DNA of 24,338 nt from positions 16,983 through 41,320 of the forward strand of contig NZWE01000033.1 in NCBI GenBank assembly GCA_002697535.1. Direction: 5' to 3'. The stretch is from Actinomycetota bacterium (lineage in GTDB: Bacteria > Margulisbacteria > Marinamargulisbacteria > GCA-2716485 > GCA-002719695). The position numbers and the translations under genes were made by a program. This document shows, piece by piece, positions 1-6,988 of the stretch (position 1 is the stretch's first letter; every line of letters starts with the position of its first letter). The notes under the pieces were generated by a model. The model saw nothing but the letters and a program-made list of their open reading frames with translations. It had not been told where the DNA came from and searched no databases.

Positions 1-155
1 GTTGCGTTTGCTTGGCATTGTGATAATAAGTGTGGATGTGCCAAATGATCCGCTAATACAACATCAGCTTGTTTTAAAATTTGCAGTCCTTTTACCGTGA
101 TTAAATCCGGATCTCCAGGCCCTGCTCCCACAATATAAATCATACCCTTTGTCAT
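1..155 (-). CDS. cobA: Uroporphyrinogen-III C-methyltransferase (SUMT, CobA/CysG-type); only the 5' part is present and the gene runs off the window start
   Basis: Absent from the ORF track because it is truncated. Reverse-strand translation from the ATG at 155..153 gives MTKGMIYIVGAGPGDPDLITVKGLQILKQADVVLADHLAHP. This carries the canonical SUMT N-terminal motifs VGAGPGDP-L-T and ADVVL-D. The gene starts 6 nt after the hemC stop, so it sits in a hemA-hemC-cobA operon. Confidence 0.8.
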   Translation of the reverse strand, partial: MTKGMIYIVGAGPGDPDLITVKGLQILKQADVVLADHLAHPHLLSQCQANA

Positions 156-161
156 GTTTGT

Positions 162-1067
162 TTACGTTATACTAGCTTTTATTTGATGACTCAAATCCCT
201 TATTTTTTCCTTTATTATAGGGGTATTACCATGAATAACGTGTTTATTAAACGTTTTACAGGCTTTATCTGACCAACAGGCTGTTAGACTAACACGATTT
301 GCTTGCTTTGTGGCATATACGCCTAACGGATAATCACAGCTTAAACCAATAGATTTAATTACCGCTTGTTCATACAAGGCTAATTCTTGTTGTAGCTTAT
401 CATTTAAAATCTCTAGAAAGGGGTTTAAATGGCTGTCTGAGCGTTTTTTTTGTATTACAACAACTCCTTGGCCAGGAGCAGGGATGATTTGGTTAGGATC
501 GCATATTAAACTTATTTCGTTTTCACGTTGTAGCCGTATTAAGCCTGCTGTGGCTAGCATAAGAGCATCAGCGTAGCCGTTTTGGCATTTTTGGATACGG
601 GTATCGATGTTACCTCGAATGGGTTTGATGGTAATATCAGGTCGATATTCTTTTAATAAAATCTGACGTCTTAAGCTTGATGTTGCTAGGGTGATTCCTG
701 TTGGCAGGTCTGCTAATGATGAATACGATTGGCCATTTGTCATAATGATACAATCGGTTACGGCTTCTGCAGGGCAAAAGGCGATAAGTTCGGTTTGATC
801 TTCGAGGGTTGTTGTTACATCTTTTAGGCAATGCACAGCACAATCAATGGACCCTTTTAGGAGTTCTTCTTCGATGGCTTTAATAAAAACGCCTTTTCCA
901 CCTAGTTCATGTAAGGGTTGTGTTTGATTATGATCCCCAGCCGTTGTAATGGGAATAAGCTCGATTTTTAGGTCAGGAAATTGTGTTTTAAGACGTGTTT
1001 GAATGGTAGTAGCTTGTTGTAAGGCTAATGTTGATTGACGGGTTCCTATTTTAAGTGTTTGAGACAT
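162..1067 (-). CDS. hemC: Hydroxymethylbilane synthase (porphobilinogen deaminase)
   Basis: 301-aa ORF. The N-terminus LKIGTRQSTLALQQA...ITTAGD matches the HemC signature (IGTRxSxLA...TxGD). A cofactor-attachment Cys context (GLSCDYPLGVYA) is present. Its start overlaps the hemA stop by 17 nt. Confidence 0.92.
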   Translation of the reverse strand: MSQTLKIGTRQSTLALQQATTIQTRLKTQFPDLKIELIPITTAGDHNQTQPLHELGGKGVFIKAIEEELLKGSIDCAVHCLKDVTTTLEDQTELIAFCPAEAVTDCIIMTNGQSYSSLADLPTGITLATSSLRRQILLKEYRPDITIKPIRGNIDTRIQKCQNGYADALMLATAGLIRLQRENEISLICDPNQIIPAPGQGVVVIQKKRSDSHLNPFLEILNDKLQQELALYEQAVIKSIGLSCDYPLGVYATKQANRVSLTACWSDKACKTFNKHVIHGNTPIIKEKIRDLSHQIKASIT

Positions 1068-2073
1068 GGGTTTGTTTGTATAAAAACCATTTCATAATAT
1101 TGGCTAATTCTTCATCAATGATGGCGTTTACTTTTGATAATTCTCCCATTTTTTTCTTAACGTTAATATTAGCAACTTCTTTTAAACCATCAACATTAAT
1201 TAAGGTTGTTTTTGCTTGGTTTTCTAGTTCAGGATTAATGTTACGTGGTAATCCTAAATCAATCATTAAATAAGGTTTTTGTGTGTCAAAGTGTTGTTGA
1301 TTAAATAATGGTTCTCGTACAGATGTTGCACAGATAATAATGTCAAAGTGTTTAATAGAATCTGTGATGGTTTCAAATGAAATGCTGTTAACATCATGAT
1401 CAGTTGTTAATGTATCAATGATGGCTGATGTTCGGTTACAAAGGGTAACATCAGGATGTCCTAAGGCATATAACTTTTTAAAACAACGTGTTCCCATGGT
1501 TCCCATACCAACAATACAAATTGATTTAGAAAAGTAATCTAGTTGTGTTTGACGAATGGCTTCAATGGCAATAGAACTTACCGAATAAGCACCTCGACTA
1601 ATGTCTGTTTCTGTTCGTACTCGTTTGCCAACACTAATAGCCGTTTGAAAACATTTGTTTAAAATAGCTCCTGTTAACCCTTGTTTTGCAGCATGTTCAT
1701 AGGTTTGTTTAATTTGAGTTAAAATTTCATTTTCTCCAAATACCATGGATTGGGTACCCGATACCACATCTAATAAATGATGAATTGTTTCTTCTTGGTC
1801 ATGGTTTTTAAGTAAAGATGTGACGGTGTTTTCAGATACTTTTTTTTGTTTTGCTAAGGTTTTAATTAACCAGGTTTTGGCATCATCTAAATTTTTGGCA
1901 ACCAGATAACATTCAACACGGTTACAGGTTGTTAAGATAATACATTCTTCAATTACGGTTGATGAGCGAATTTGATCATACAAAAGCTGCTTCCCGTCTT
2001 TATTTAAAAAGATCGGTTCAATGTTTTTGATGGCTGTTTGCGTATGATCTACGCCCAATAAGCCTAGTGCCAT
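1051..2073 (-). CDS. hemA: Glutamyl-tRNA reductase, short form (340 aa)
   Basis: The catalytic-Cys motif TTCNRVECY is present, as is a Rossmann NADPH motif (ICIVGMGTMGTR) and the GluTR-typical N-terminus (GVDHTQTAI). It is about 70-80 aa shorter than the roughly 420-aa enzymes I remember and ends just after the spinal helix. Confidence 0.88.
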   Translation of the reverse strand: MALGLLGVDHTQTAIKNIEPIFLNKDGKQLLYDQIRSSTVIEECIILTTCNRVECYLVAKNLDDAKTWLIKTLAKQKKVSENTVTSLLKNHDQEETIHHLLDVVSGTQSMVFGENEILTQIKQTYEHAAKQGLTGAILNKCFQTAISVGKRVRTETDISRGAYSVSSIAIEAIRQTQLDYFSKSICIVGMGTMGTRCFKKLYALGHPDVTLCNRTSAIIDTLTTDHDVNSISFETITDSIKHFDIIICATSVREPLFNQQHFDTQKPYLMIDLGLPRNINPELENQAKTTLINVDGLKEVANINVKKKMGELSKVNAIIDEELANIMKWFLYKQTHVSNT

Positions 2074-2079
2074 CAGTCG

Positions 2080-2108
2080 ATTGTACCTATTTAGCCCATC
2101 TTTTACAA
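2080..2108 (-). promoter_or_regulatory. Putative sigma70-type promoter of hemA; its geometry implies a leaderless transcript
   Basis: On the minus strand: -35 TTGTAA (2108..2103), a 17-nt spacer, -10 TACAAT (2085..2080), then 6 nt to the hemA ATG (2073). No Shine-Dalgarno lies in between. Confidence 0.4.
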
Positions 2109-2188
2109 TAGATCTCTAGTTATTGATAGGTTGTTTTTCTGTTTATTGTATCTTTTGTTTTTAATTTTCACTGGGTATACTAACGGTT

Positions 2189-3484
2189 ATGGATCGTCTT
2201 ACGTCACAAAAATTGTTTAAACAAGCTCAAGAATCCTTGGTTGGAGGCGTTAATAGTCCGGTTCGAGCATATCAAGCGGTTGAAGGAGATCCGGTTTTTA
2301 TTAAACAAGGATCAGGTTCTCATGTAACCTGTGAAGATAATCAGTCTTATATTGACTATGTATTATCTTATGGCCCACTTATTTTGGGGCATGCTCATCC
2401 TGCTGTTTTAGCTAGCTTAGCTAAGACGATGCAAGCAGGAACAACGTTTGGGGCACCTACTCAGTTGGAAACACAATTAGCAGAGACCATTAAATTATTT
2501 TATCCTTATGTTGATAAGGTTCGTTTTGTTAGTTCGGGGACCGAGGCTTCTATGAGTACGATTCGGGTGGCACGTGGTGTTACTAAGCGATCGATTGTTG
2601 TTAAATTTAAGGGTTGTTATCATGGACATGTTGATTCTTTGTTAGTGTCTGCGGGTTCGGGTTCAGCTACGTTGGGGGTTGCTGATAGTGCGGGTGTTTT
2701 ATTAGATTCTGTCTCTCATACGGCTGTTTTAGATTATAATAACTCTCAGCAAATACAGGACTTTTTTAAAGAACATGGTGATGATGTTGCTTGTGTTTTG
2801 TTAGAACCTGTTGCAGGTAATATGGGAGTCATTGTTCCTGATTTAGAATTTATTAAGATATGTCGAGAGTGTTGTGATAATTTTGGATCTTTATTGGTGT
2901 TTGATGAAGTGATGTGTGGGTTTCGTACACAACGATCAGGAACTCATGAATGGATTGGGGTTGAACCCGATATGGTGATTTTAGGTAAAGTTATTGGTGG
3001 GGGTTTGCCATGTGGAGCGTATGCTGCTAAAGCTGATATTATGGATCATGTTGCCCCGTTAGGGCCTGTTTATCAAGCGGGTACTTTGTCGGGCAATCCG
3101 TTAGCCATGGCGGCTGGTTTAGCCACATTAACGGCATTAAAAGATGGTTCTATATTTGAGACGGTAAATCGTTATACGGCCGATTTAGCTAATGGTATTC
3201 GTGAGAGTATTCAATCTTGTGGTATTCCTGCTTCTATCAGTCAAAAAGGGTCGATGTTTACGTTATTTTTTACGGAACAGTTACCACAGACGTTTACGGA
3301 TGTTCAAACCTGTGATTTTGATCGATTTAAACAGTTTTTTCATGCTATGTTAGATCAGGGAATCTTTTTACCTCCATCTCAATATGAAGCTTGTTTTACA
3401 TCAGGCGTTCATGATGATAAGGATTTAAGTAATACGTTGAACTCAATTAACTATGTATTAACAATGTTTAAAGATTCTGTATAA
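2189..3484 (+). CDS. hemL: Glutamate-1-semialdehyde 2,1-aminomutase
   Basis: 431-aa ORF with the GGVNSPVRAY signature, an aminotransferase class-III fold and the PLP-Lys context ILGKVIGGGLP. It is divergent from hemA. TATACT at 2176-2181 lies 7 nt upstream of the ATG, with no SD. Confidence 0.93.
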   Translation: MDRLTSQKLFKQAQESLVGGVNSPVRAYQAVEGDPVFIKQGSGSHVTCEDNQSYIDYVLSYGPLILGHAHPAVLASLAKTMQAGTTFGAPTQLETQLAETIKLFYPYVDKVRFVSSGTEASMSTIRVARGVTKRSIVVKFKGCYHGHVDSLLVSAGSGSATLGVADSAGVLLDSVSHTAVLDYNNSQQIQDFFKEHGDDVACVLLEPVAGNMGVIVPDLEFIKICRECCDNFGSLLVFDEVMCGFRTQRSGTHEWIGVEPDMVILGKVIGGGLPCGAYAAKADIMDHVAPLGPVYQAGTLSGNPLAMAAGLATLTALKDGSIFETVNRYTADLANGIRESIQSCGIPASISQKGSMFTLFFTEQLPQTFTDVQTCDFDRFKQFFHAMLDQGIFLPPSQYEACFTSGVHDDKDLSNTLNSINYVLTMFKDSV

Positions 3485-3504
3485 AGGGAATTTGATAGTA
3501 ACTC

Positions 3505-3533
3505 TTTAAAGTGTTGTAAAAGACTCTTATAAT
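3505..3533 (+). promoter_or_regulatory. Putative promoter of the TPR/FliFG-like/motAB operon
   Basis: -35-like TTTAAA (3505-3510), a 17-nt spacer and a perfect -10 TATAAT (3528-3533), about 20 nt upstream of the ATG at 3554. An alternative -10-like TAAATT (3541-3546) lies 7 nt upstream of the ATG. Confidence 0.3.
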
Positions 3534-3553
3534 AGTAGGGTAAATTATCAAAT

Positions 3554-4741
3554 ATGAATAAGATGAAAGTAAATGTTTTAGTTATTATTTTTTTGTTGGG
3601 CTTTTCAACAAGTTTATGGGCTGTTGCTGCAGAACCTGATGGAAGTCGTTCAGAATATGATGAAGCTGTTGAATTAGAGTCTCAAGATACTCAAAAAAAG
3701 GATGTTGTTGATACGCCAGAGACTAGTTTAGAACAACCTGTCGAATCGCTTGATACGTTTGATACGGATAATTCAAGCAAAACAGTTGTTAAAGATAATC
3801 GTTCTGATGATGCTACTGTTGATATGATGATGGCAGATGTTGAAGAAGTAAGTGTGGAACTTGATGATGATATTATAGAAGTTTTAGAAGAATATGAGGG
3901 TTTAATTAAACGAAAACAATTTACCAAAGCTAATGAAGTTCTAACTAGTATTCCGATTGGTGCTTTAAATAAAAATCAACGGCGGCAAAAGAAAATGCTT
4001 AATGTTTTTGAGAAAATTGCTGCTGATCAAGCTGAGAATGAGCGACAATTTGGTAAAGATGAATCGTTGGATCAATCTGTTATGAAAACAATAAAACGGT
4101 TACAACGTCAGGCAAAAGTTTATATTTTAGAAGGAAGAACGGTTTTACCGCGTGACTTGTTAATTCAATCTCTTTATTTAGATCGTAAAAATTATTTGTC
4201 GAAACAATTGTTAGATCGATGTTTACAGTTACCTTTAGGATCTTATCAAGTTGAAAATATTGAAAAGAAATATTGGAATAATTCTTTAATAGAATTAAGA
4301 AGTGGGTTTCCTTCAAAATCAGTTGATTCGTTACAAATGTTGGCTAATTTTGATCCTGAAAATCCAATGATTTTTGAACGTATGGGTTCAGCTTTTTATA
4401 TGTCTGGTCAGGTTAAAAAGGCTGTCGAGGCTTGGAAACGTGCTTTATATTTAAGTCCAGAACGAAATGATTTAAAAGAGTTTATTGTTAATGCTGAAAA
4501 AGAAGTGGAGCGACAAGAAAAACTATCAAAAGCTTATTTTGACAGTAAAAAGAAGAAAAGTGATACAGGATCAGTTCAATCTGATGTGCCTATGCAGGTG
4601 TTACGGGTTGTTAATGATTCCAATACAGCCTTTAGTTATGCTCAAGAAGTTCGTCAACAGTTGGGTAAAGGTGTTAATGTGGTTGTAGAAGAACTTGATA
4701 ATGGTAAATGGGCTGTTAAAGTTCCAATCAAAAAAAAATAA
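3554..4741 (+). CDS. Secreted protein with a signal peptide, a long acidic low-complexity region, helical/TPR-like repeats and a short C-terminal SPOR-like module
   Basis: The N-terminus MNKMKVNVLVIIFLLGFSTSLWAVAA is a signal peptide. Residues about 30-115 are D/E/S/T-rich. A TPR-like motif is present (MGSAFYMSGQVKKAVEAWKRALYLSPERND). The C-terminal sequence MQVLRVVNDSNTAFSYAQEVRQQLGKGVNVVVEELDNGKWAVKV resembles half of a SPOR beta-alpha-beta-beta unit. This is the first gene of a tightly packed operon. Confidence 0.75.
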   Translation: MNKMKVNVLVIIFLLGFSTSLWAVAAEPDGSRSEYDEAVELESQDTQKKDVVDTPETSLEQPVESLDTFDTDNSSKTVVKDNRSDDATVDMMMADVEEVSVELDDDIIEVLEEYEGLIKRKQFTKANEVLTSIPIGALNKNQRRQKKMLNVFEKIAADQAENERQFGKDESLDQSVMKTIKRLQRQAKVYILEGRTVLPRDLLIQSLYLDRKNYLSKQLLDRCLQLPLGSYQVENIEKKYWNNSLIELRSGFPSKSVDSLQMLANFDPENPMIFERMGSAFYMSGQVKKAVEAWKRALYLSPERNDLKEFIVNAEKEVERQEKLSKAYFDSKKKKSDTGSVQSDVPMQVLRVVNDSNTAFSYAQEVRQQLGKGVNVVVEELDNGKWAVKVPIKKK

Positions 4742-4750
4742 GGGGTTAGT

Positions 4751-6190
4751 ATGAAAAAAATAATTATTTTTATTCTTTGTTTATTATGTTTTTCACAGTG
4801 TTTATTTGCTGCATCAGATCGATATTTAATAGAAGATAATTTAACTGGGATTGCTCAGCAAACATTAGATGCTATGTTTGGAAAAAATAATTTTATTGTT
4901 CGTGTTCAAGTTCAGATGACAGATTCAAAATATAATGTTCGGTATACTAAAGAATCAAATCCGCAACAATCAAAATCAAAATCTAATAAAGAGGGGGAGC
5001 AAGTTTATATTTTACCTGGGGTTCCAGCTTTAAAAAATATTGCACCTGATTCTTTAAAACAGCTTCCTTATGATTCGGTTACAACGTTAACGGAACCTAA
5101 AATTAAACGTATTCTTGTTAAGGTTTTAGTGAATAAGTCTTACCCACGTAGTCAGGCAAAAAAAGCAGAAAAGGCTTTAAAAGATGTTTTAGCGATGAAA
5201 AGTGGTCGGGATAAAATTAAGATGGAATATACAAAATTTTATGAGGATCCTAACGAAAAATCTCAAAATATTACTATTTTACCAGGTCCAGAAAAAATTA
5301 TGTCATTAGGTAATTTGTTTAATGTTCTTATTATTTTATTATTTATTATTTTTATTTTTATTTATAGTCGCTATCAAAAGTTATTATTAGCAAAAGAAGA
5401 TTCATCAGATTCAGGGGGTCCTTCCATTAGTGTTAATCCTAACTTAGAACTTCCAGAAGGCTTAGGTGGAGGAAGTAATGGATCGGATATGAGTATTAAT
5501 ATGAATGCTGATGTTAAACGATATTTTGATTTTGTGACTCAAAATAATATTTCTGATTTTATTTTTCTTATTAAAAGTCAGAACTTAAAACCTGATTATA
5601 TTAGTTTAATTATATCGTTTTTAGCGCCTAATTTATCAGCTAAAATTTTAAATAGTTTGGAACCTAAGGTACAAGCTCAGGTTACAGTTTTATTAACTGA
5701 GCAACGGTTAGGAAAAAAAGATTTGTTGGATAAATTAGAGAAGAAGTTAAAATCTGATGTTGAATGTTTTGTTGGTGGAGATGATAAAGTAGCTGATCTT
5801 TCTGAATCATTATCTAATAAGCAACGAAAAGAAATTACACAATTTTCTAAAAAAATTAATCCAAAAGGGTATAAAAAGTTACGTCCGCATATGGTTTTGT
5901 TTGACGATATTCTTCTTTTAGATGATTCAGAGTTACAATTTGTTTTATCGGATTTAAACTTAGAACAACTTGCTACAGCTTTAGTTGGTGCTGATCAAGG
6001 GTTGTTTTCAAAAATTAATGATAATTTAACAAAAGGTGCCCGAGATATGGTTGGACAGTATTTAGAGCTAAAAAGTGAGTCTTCTAATGAATCTCATATT
6101 GAAAGTGCTCAAGATGCTATAATAAAAGTGTTAAGGAAGTTAGATGCTCAAGGAAAAATTAAATTGGCTGATAAATTAAAGACAGCATAA
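4751..6190 (+). CDS. Membrane-anchored FliG-like protein: signal/anchor, a periplasmic FliF/SctJ-like ring-building motif, one TM helix, then cytoplasmic FliG middle and C-terminal domains
   Basis: SD AAGGGG precedes the ATG. Residues 1-20 are hydrophobic leader. Residues 116-163 (PKIKRILVKVLVNKS...GRDKIKMEYTKF) resemble the end of the FliF periplasmic ring motif (IKRLSVAVVVN...RGD-V-V--F). The TM helix is at about 186-207. Residues about 257-472 align by eye with FliG-M and FliG-C. For example, MVLFDDILLLDDSELQFVLSDLNLEQLATALVGADQGLFSKINDNLTKGARDMV...AQDAIIKVLRKLDAQGKI compares with canonical MFVFEDILKLDDRSIQLVLREVD..DLALALKGAS.ELKEKIF.NMSKRAA...AQQKI...RRLEEAGEI. Confidence 0.8.
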   Translation: MKKIIIFILCLLCFSQCLFAASDRYLIEDNLTGIAQQTLDAMFGKNNFIVRVQVQMTDSKYNVRYTKESNPQQSKSKSNKEGEQVYILPGVPALKNIAPDSLKQLPYDSVTTLTEPKIKRILVKVLVNKSYPRSQAKKAEKALKDVLAMKSGRDKIKMEYTKFYEDPNEKSQNITILPGPEKIMSLGNLFNVLIILLFIIFIFIYSRYQKLLLAKEDSSDSGGPSISVNPNLELPEGLGGGSNGSDMSINMNADVKRYFDFVTQNNISDFIFLIKSQNLKPDYISLIISFLAPNLSAKILNSLEPKVQAQVTVLLTEQRLGKKDLLDKLEKKLKSDVECFVGGDDKVADLSESLSNKQRKEITQFSKKINPKGYKKLRPHMVLFDDILLLDDSELQFVLSDLNLEQLATALVGADQGLFSKINDNLTKGARDMVGQYLELKSESSNESHIESAQDAIIKVLRKLDAQGKIKLADKLKTA

Positions 6191-6199
6191 GGAGATAAT

Positions 6200-6979
6200 A
6201 TGAATTTAAATATTTTTGTAGGTCTTTTTATTGCTTCTTTAGCGATTTATTTAGGAGCTCCTGATGTTCGTAATGATATTACGGTTTATTTGCAGTTTAA
6301 TGCTTTTTTATTGGTTTTTCTGGGTACGTTTGGATCGACGTTAATTAGTACGTCTTTTGCTGATTTTCGTGGGTTATATGTTTTGTTTATTAGTTTGTTT
6401 TTTAGAAAGAAACGATTTTTGTCGCCAGTTGATGCTATTAAAATTATGGTGGATTTATCAGATCAAATTCAACATATTTCTCGACAATCTTTACCTGATA
6501 AAGTCGTTCATTTAAAGGATGCTTATTTGTCTAAAAGTATGGATATGGTTGCAGCAGGTTTGGATAAAGAGTTTGTTTTAGATGCGTTATATACGGATAT
6601 TGATGAACTTAGAAATAGACATTCTAAAAAGATTTCAGCTGTTCGTACTATGGGGTCTTTTGCTCCTATGTTTGGTATGGCTGGTACGGTTATTGGGGTT
6701 ATTCAGGTTTTAAAAAATGTTACTGATATTGAAAATATTGTTGCAGGGATGGCCTTAGCTTTGTTAACTACTTTATATGGTTTAATTTTTACATCTATTT
6801 TATTTCTTCCTTTAGCGAATAAGTTACAAGCTTTAAGTGAAGAAGAAGTGTTATCAAAACAAATTATTAGTCAAGGTACGGAAATGGTGTTAGATAAGGA
6901 AATACCGCTTAAAGTTGAAAAGTATTTAACTGCTTATTTGGAATCGAGTCAGCAAGATAATCTGTTTAAAAAGAAATAG
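6200..6979 (+). CDS. motA: Flagellar-type stator A subunit (MotA/PomA family ion channel)
   Basis: SD AAGGAG. Four predicted TM helices arranged 2 + long cytoplasmic loop + 2, which is the MotA topology. Conserved MotA_ExbB motifs are present: SFAPMFGMAGTVIGV in TM3 with its Pro, and ALLTTLYGLIFTSILFLPLANKL in TM4 with its Pro. Confidence 0.88.
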   Translation: MNLNIFVGLFIASLAIYLGAPDVRNDITVYLQFNAFLLVFLGTFGSTLISTSFADFRGLYVLFISLFFRKKRFLSPVDAIKIMVDLSDQIQHISRQSLPDKVVHLKDAYLSKSMDMVAAGLDKEFVLDALYTDIDELRNRHSKKISAVRTMGSFAPMFGMAGTVIGVIQVLKNVTDIENIVAGMALALLTTLYGLIFTSILFLPLANKLQALSEEEVLSKQIISQGTEMVLDKEIPLKVEKYLTAYLESSQQDNLFKKK

Positions 6980-6988
6980 GGGACCACA

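Noticed and set aside
637-1273. Track ORFs 637-843 (-) and 1055-1273 (+) inside or opposite hemC/hemA
   Set aside because: They are fully nested in well-supported genes and have low-complexity, motif-free translations. They are shadow ORFs, which are typical of AT-rich DNA.
3691-4688. Track ORFs 3691-3927 (-), 4080-4316 (-) and 4485-4688 (+) within the TPR-protein gene
   Set aside because: They are antisense or out-of-frame shadows of a longer ORF that has a signal peptide and coherent domain structure. None has a start context.
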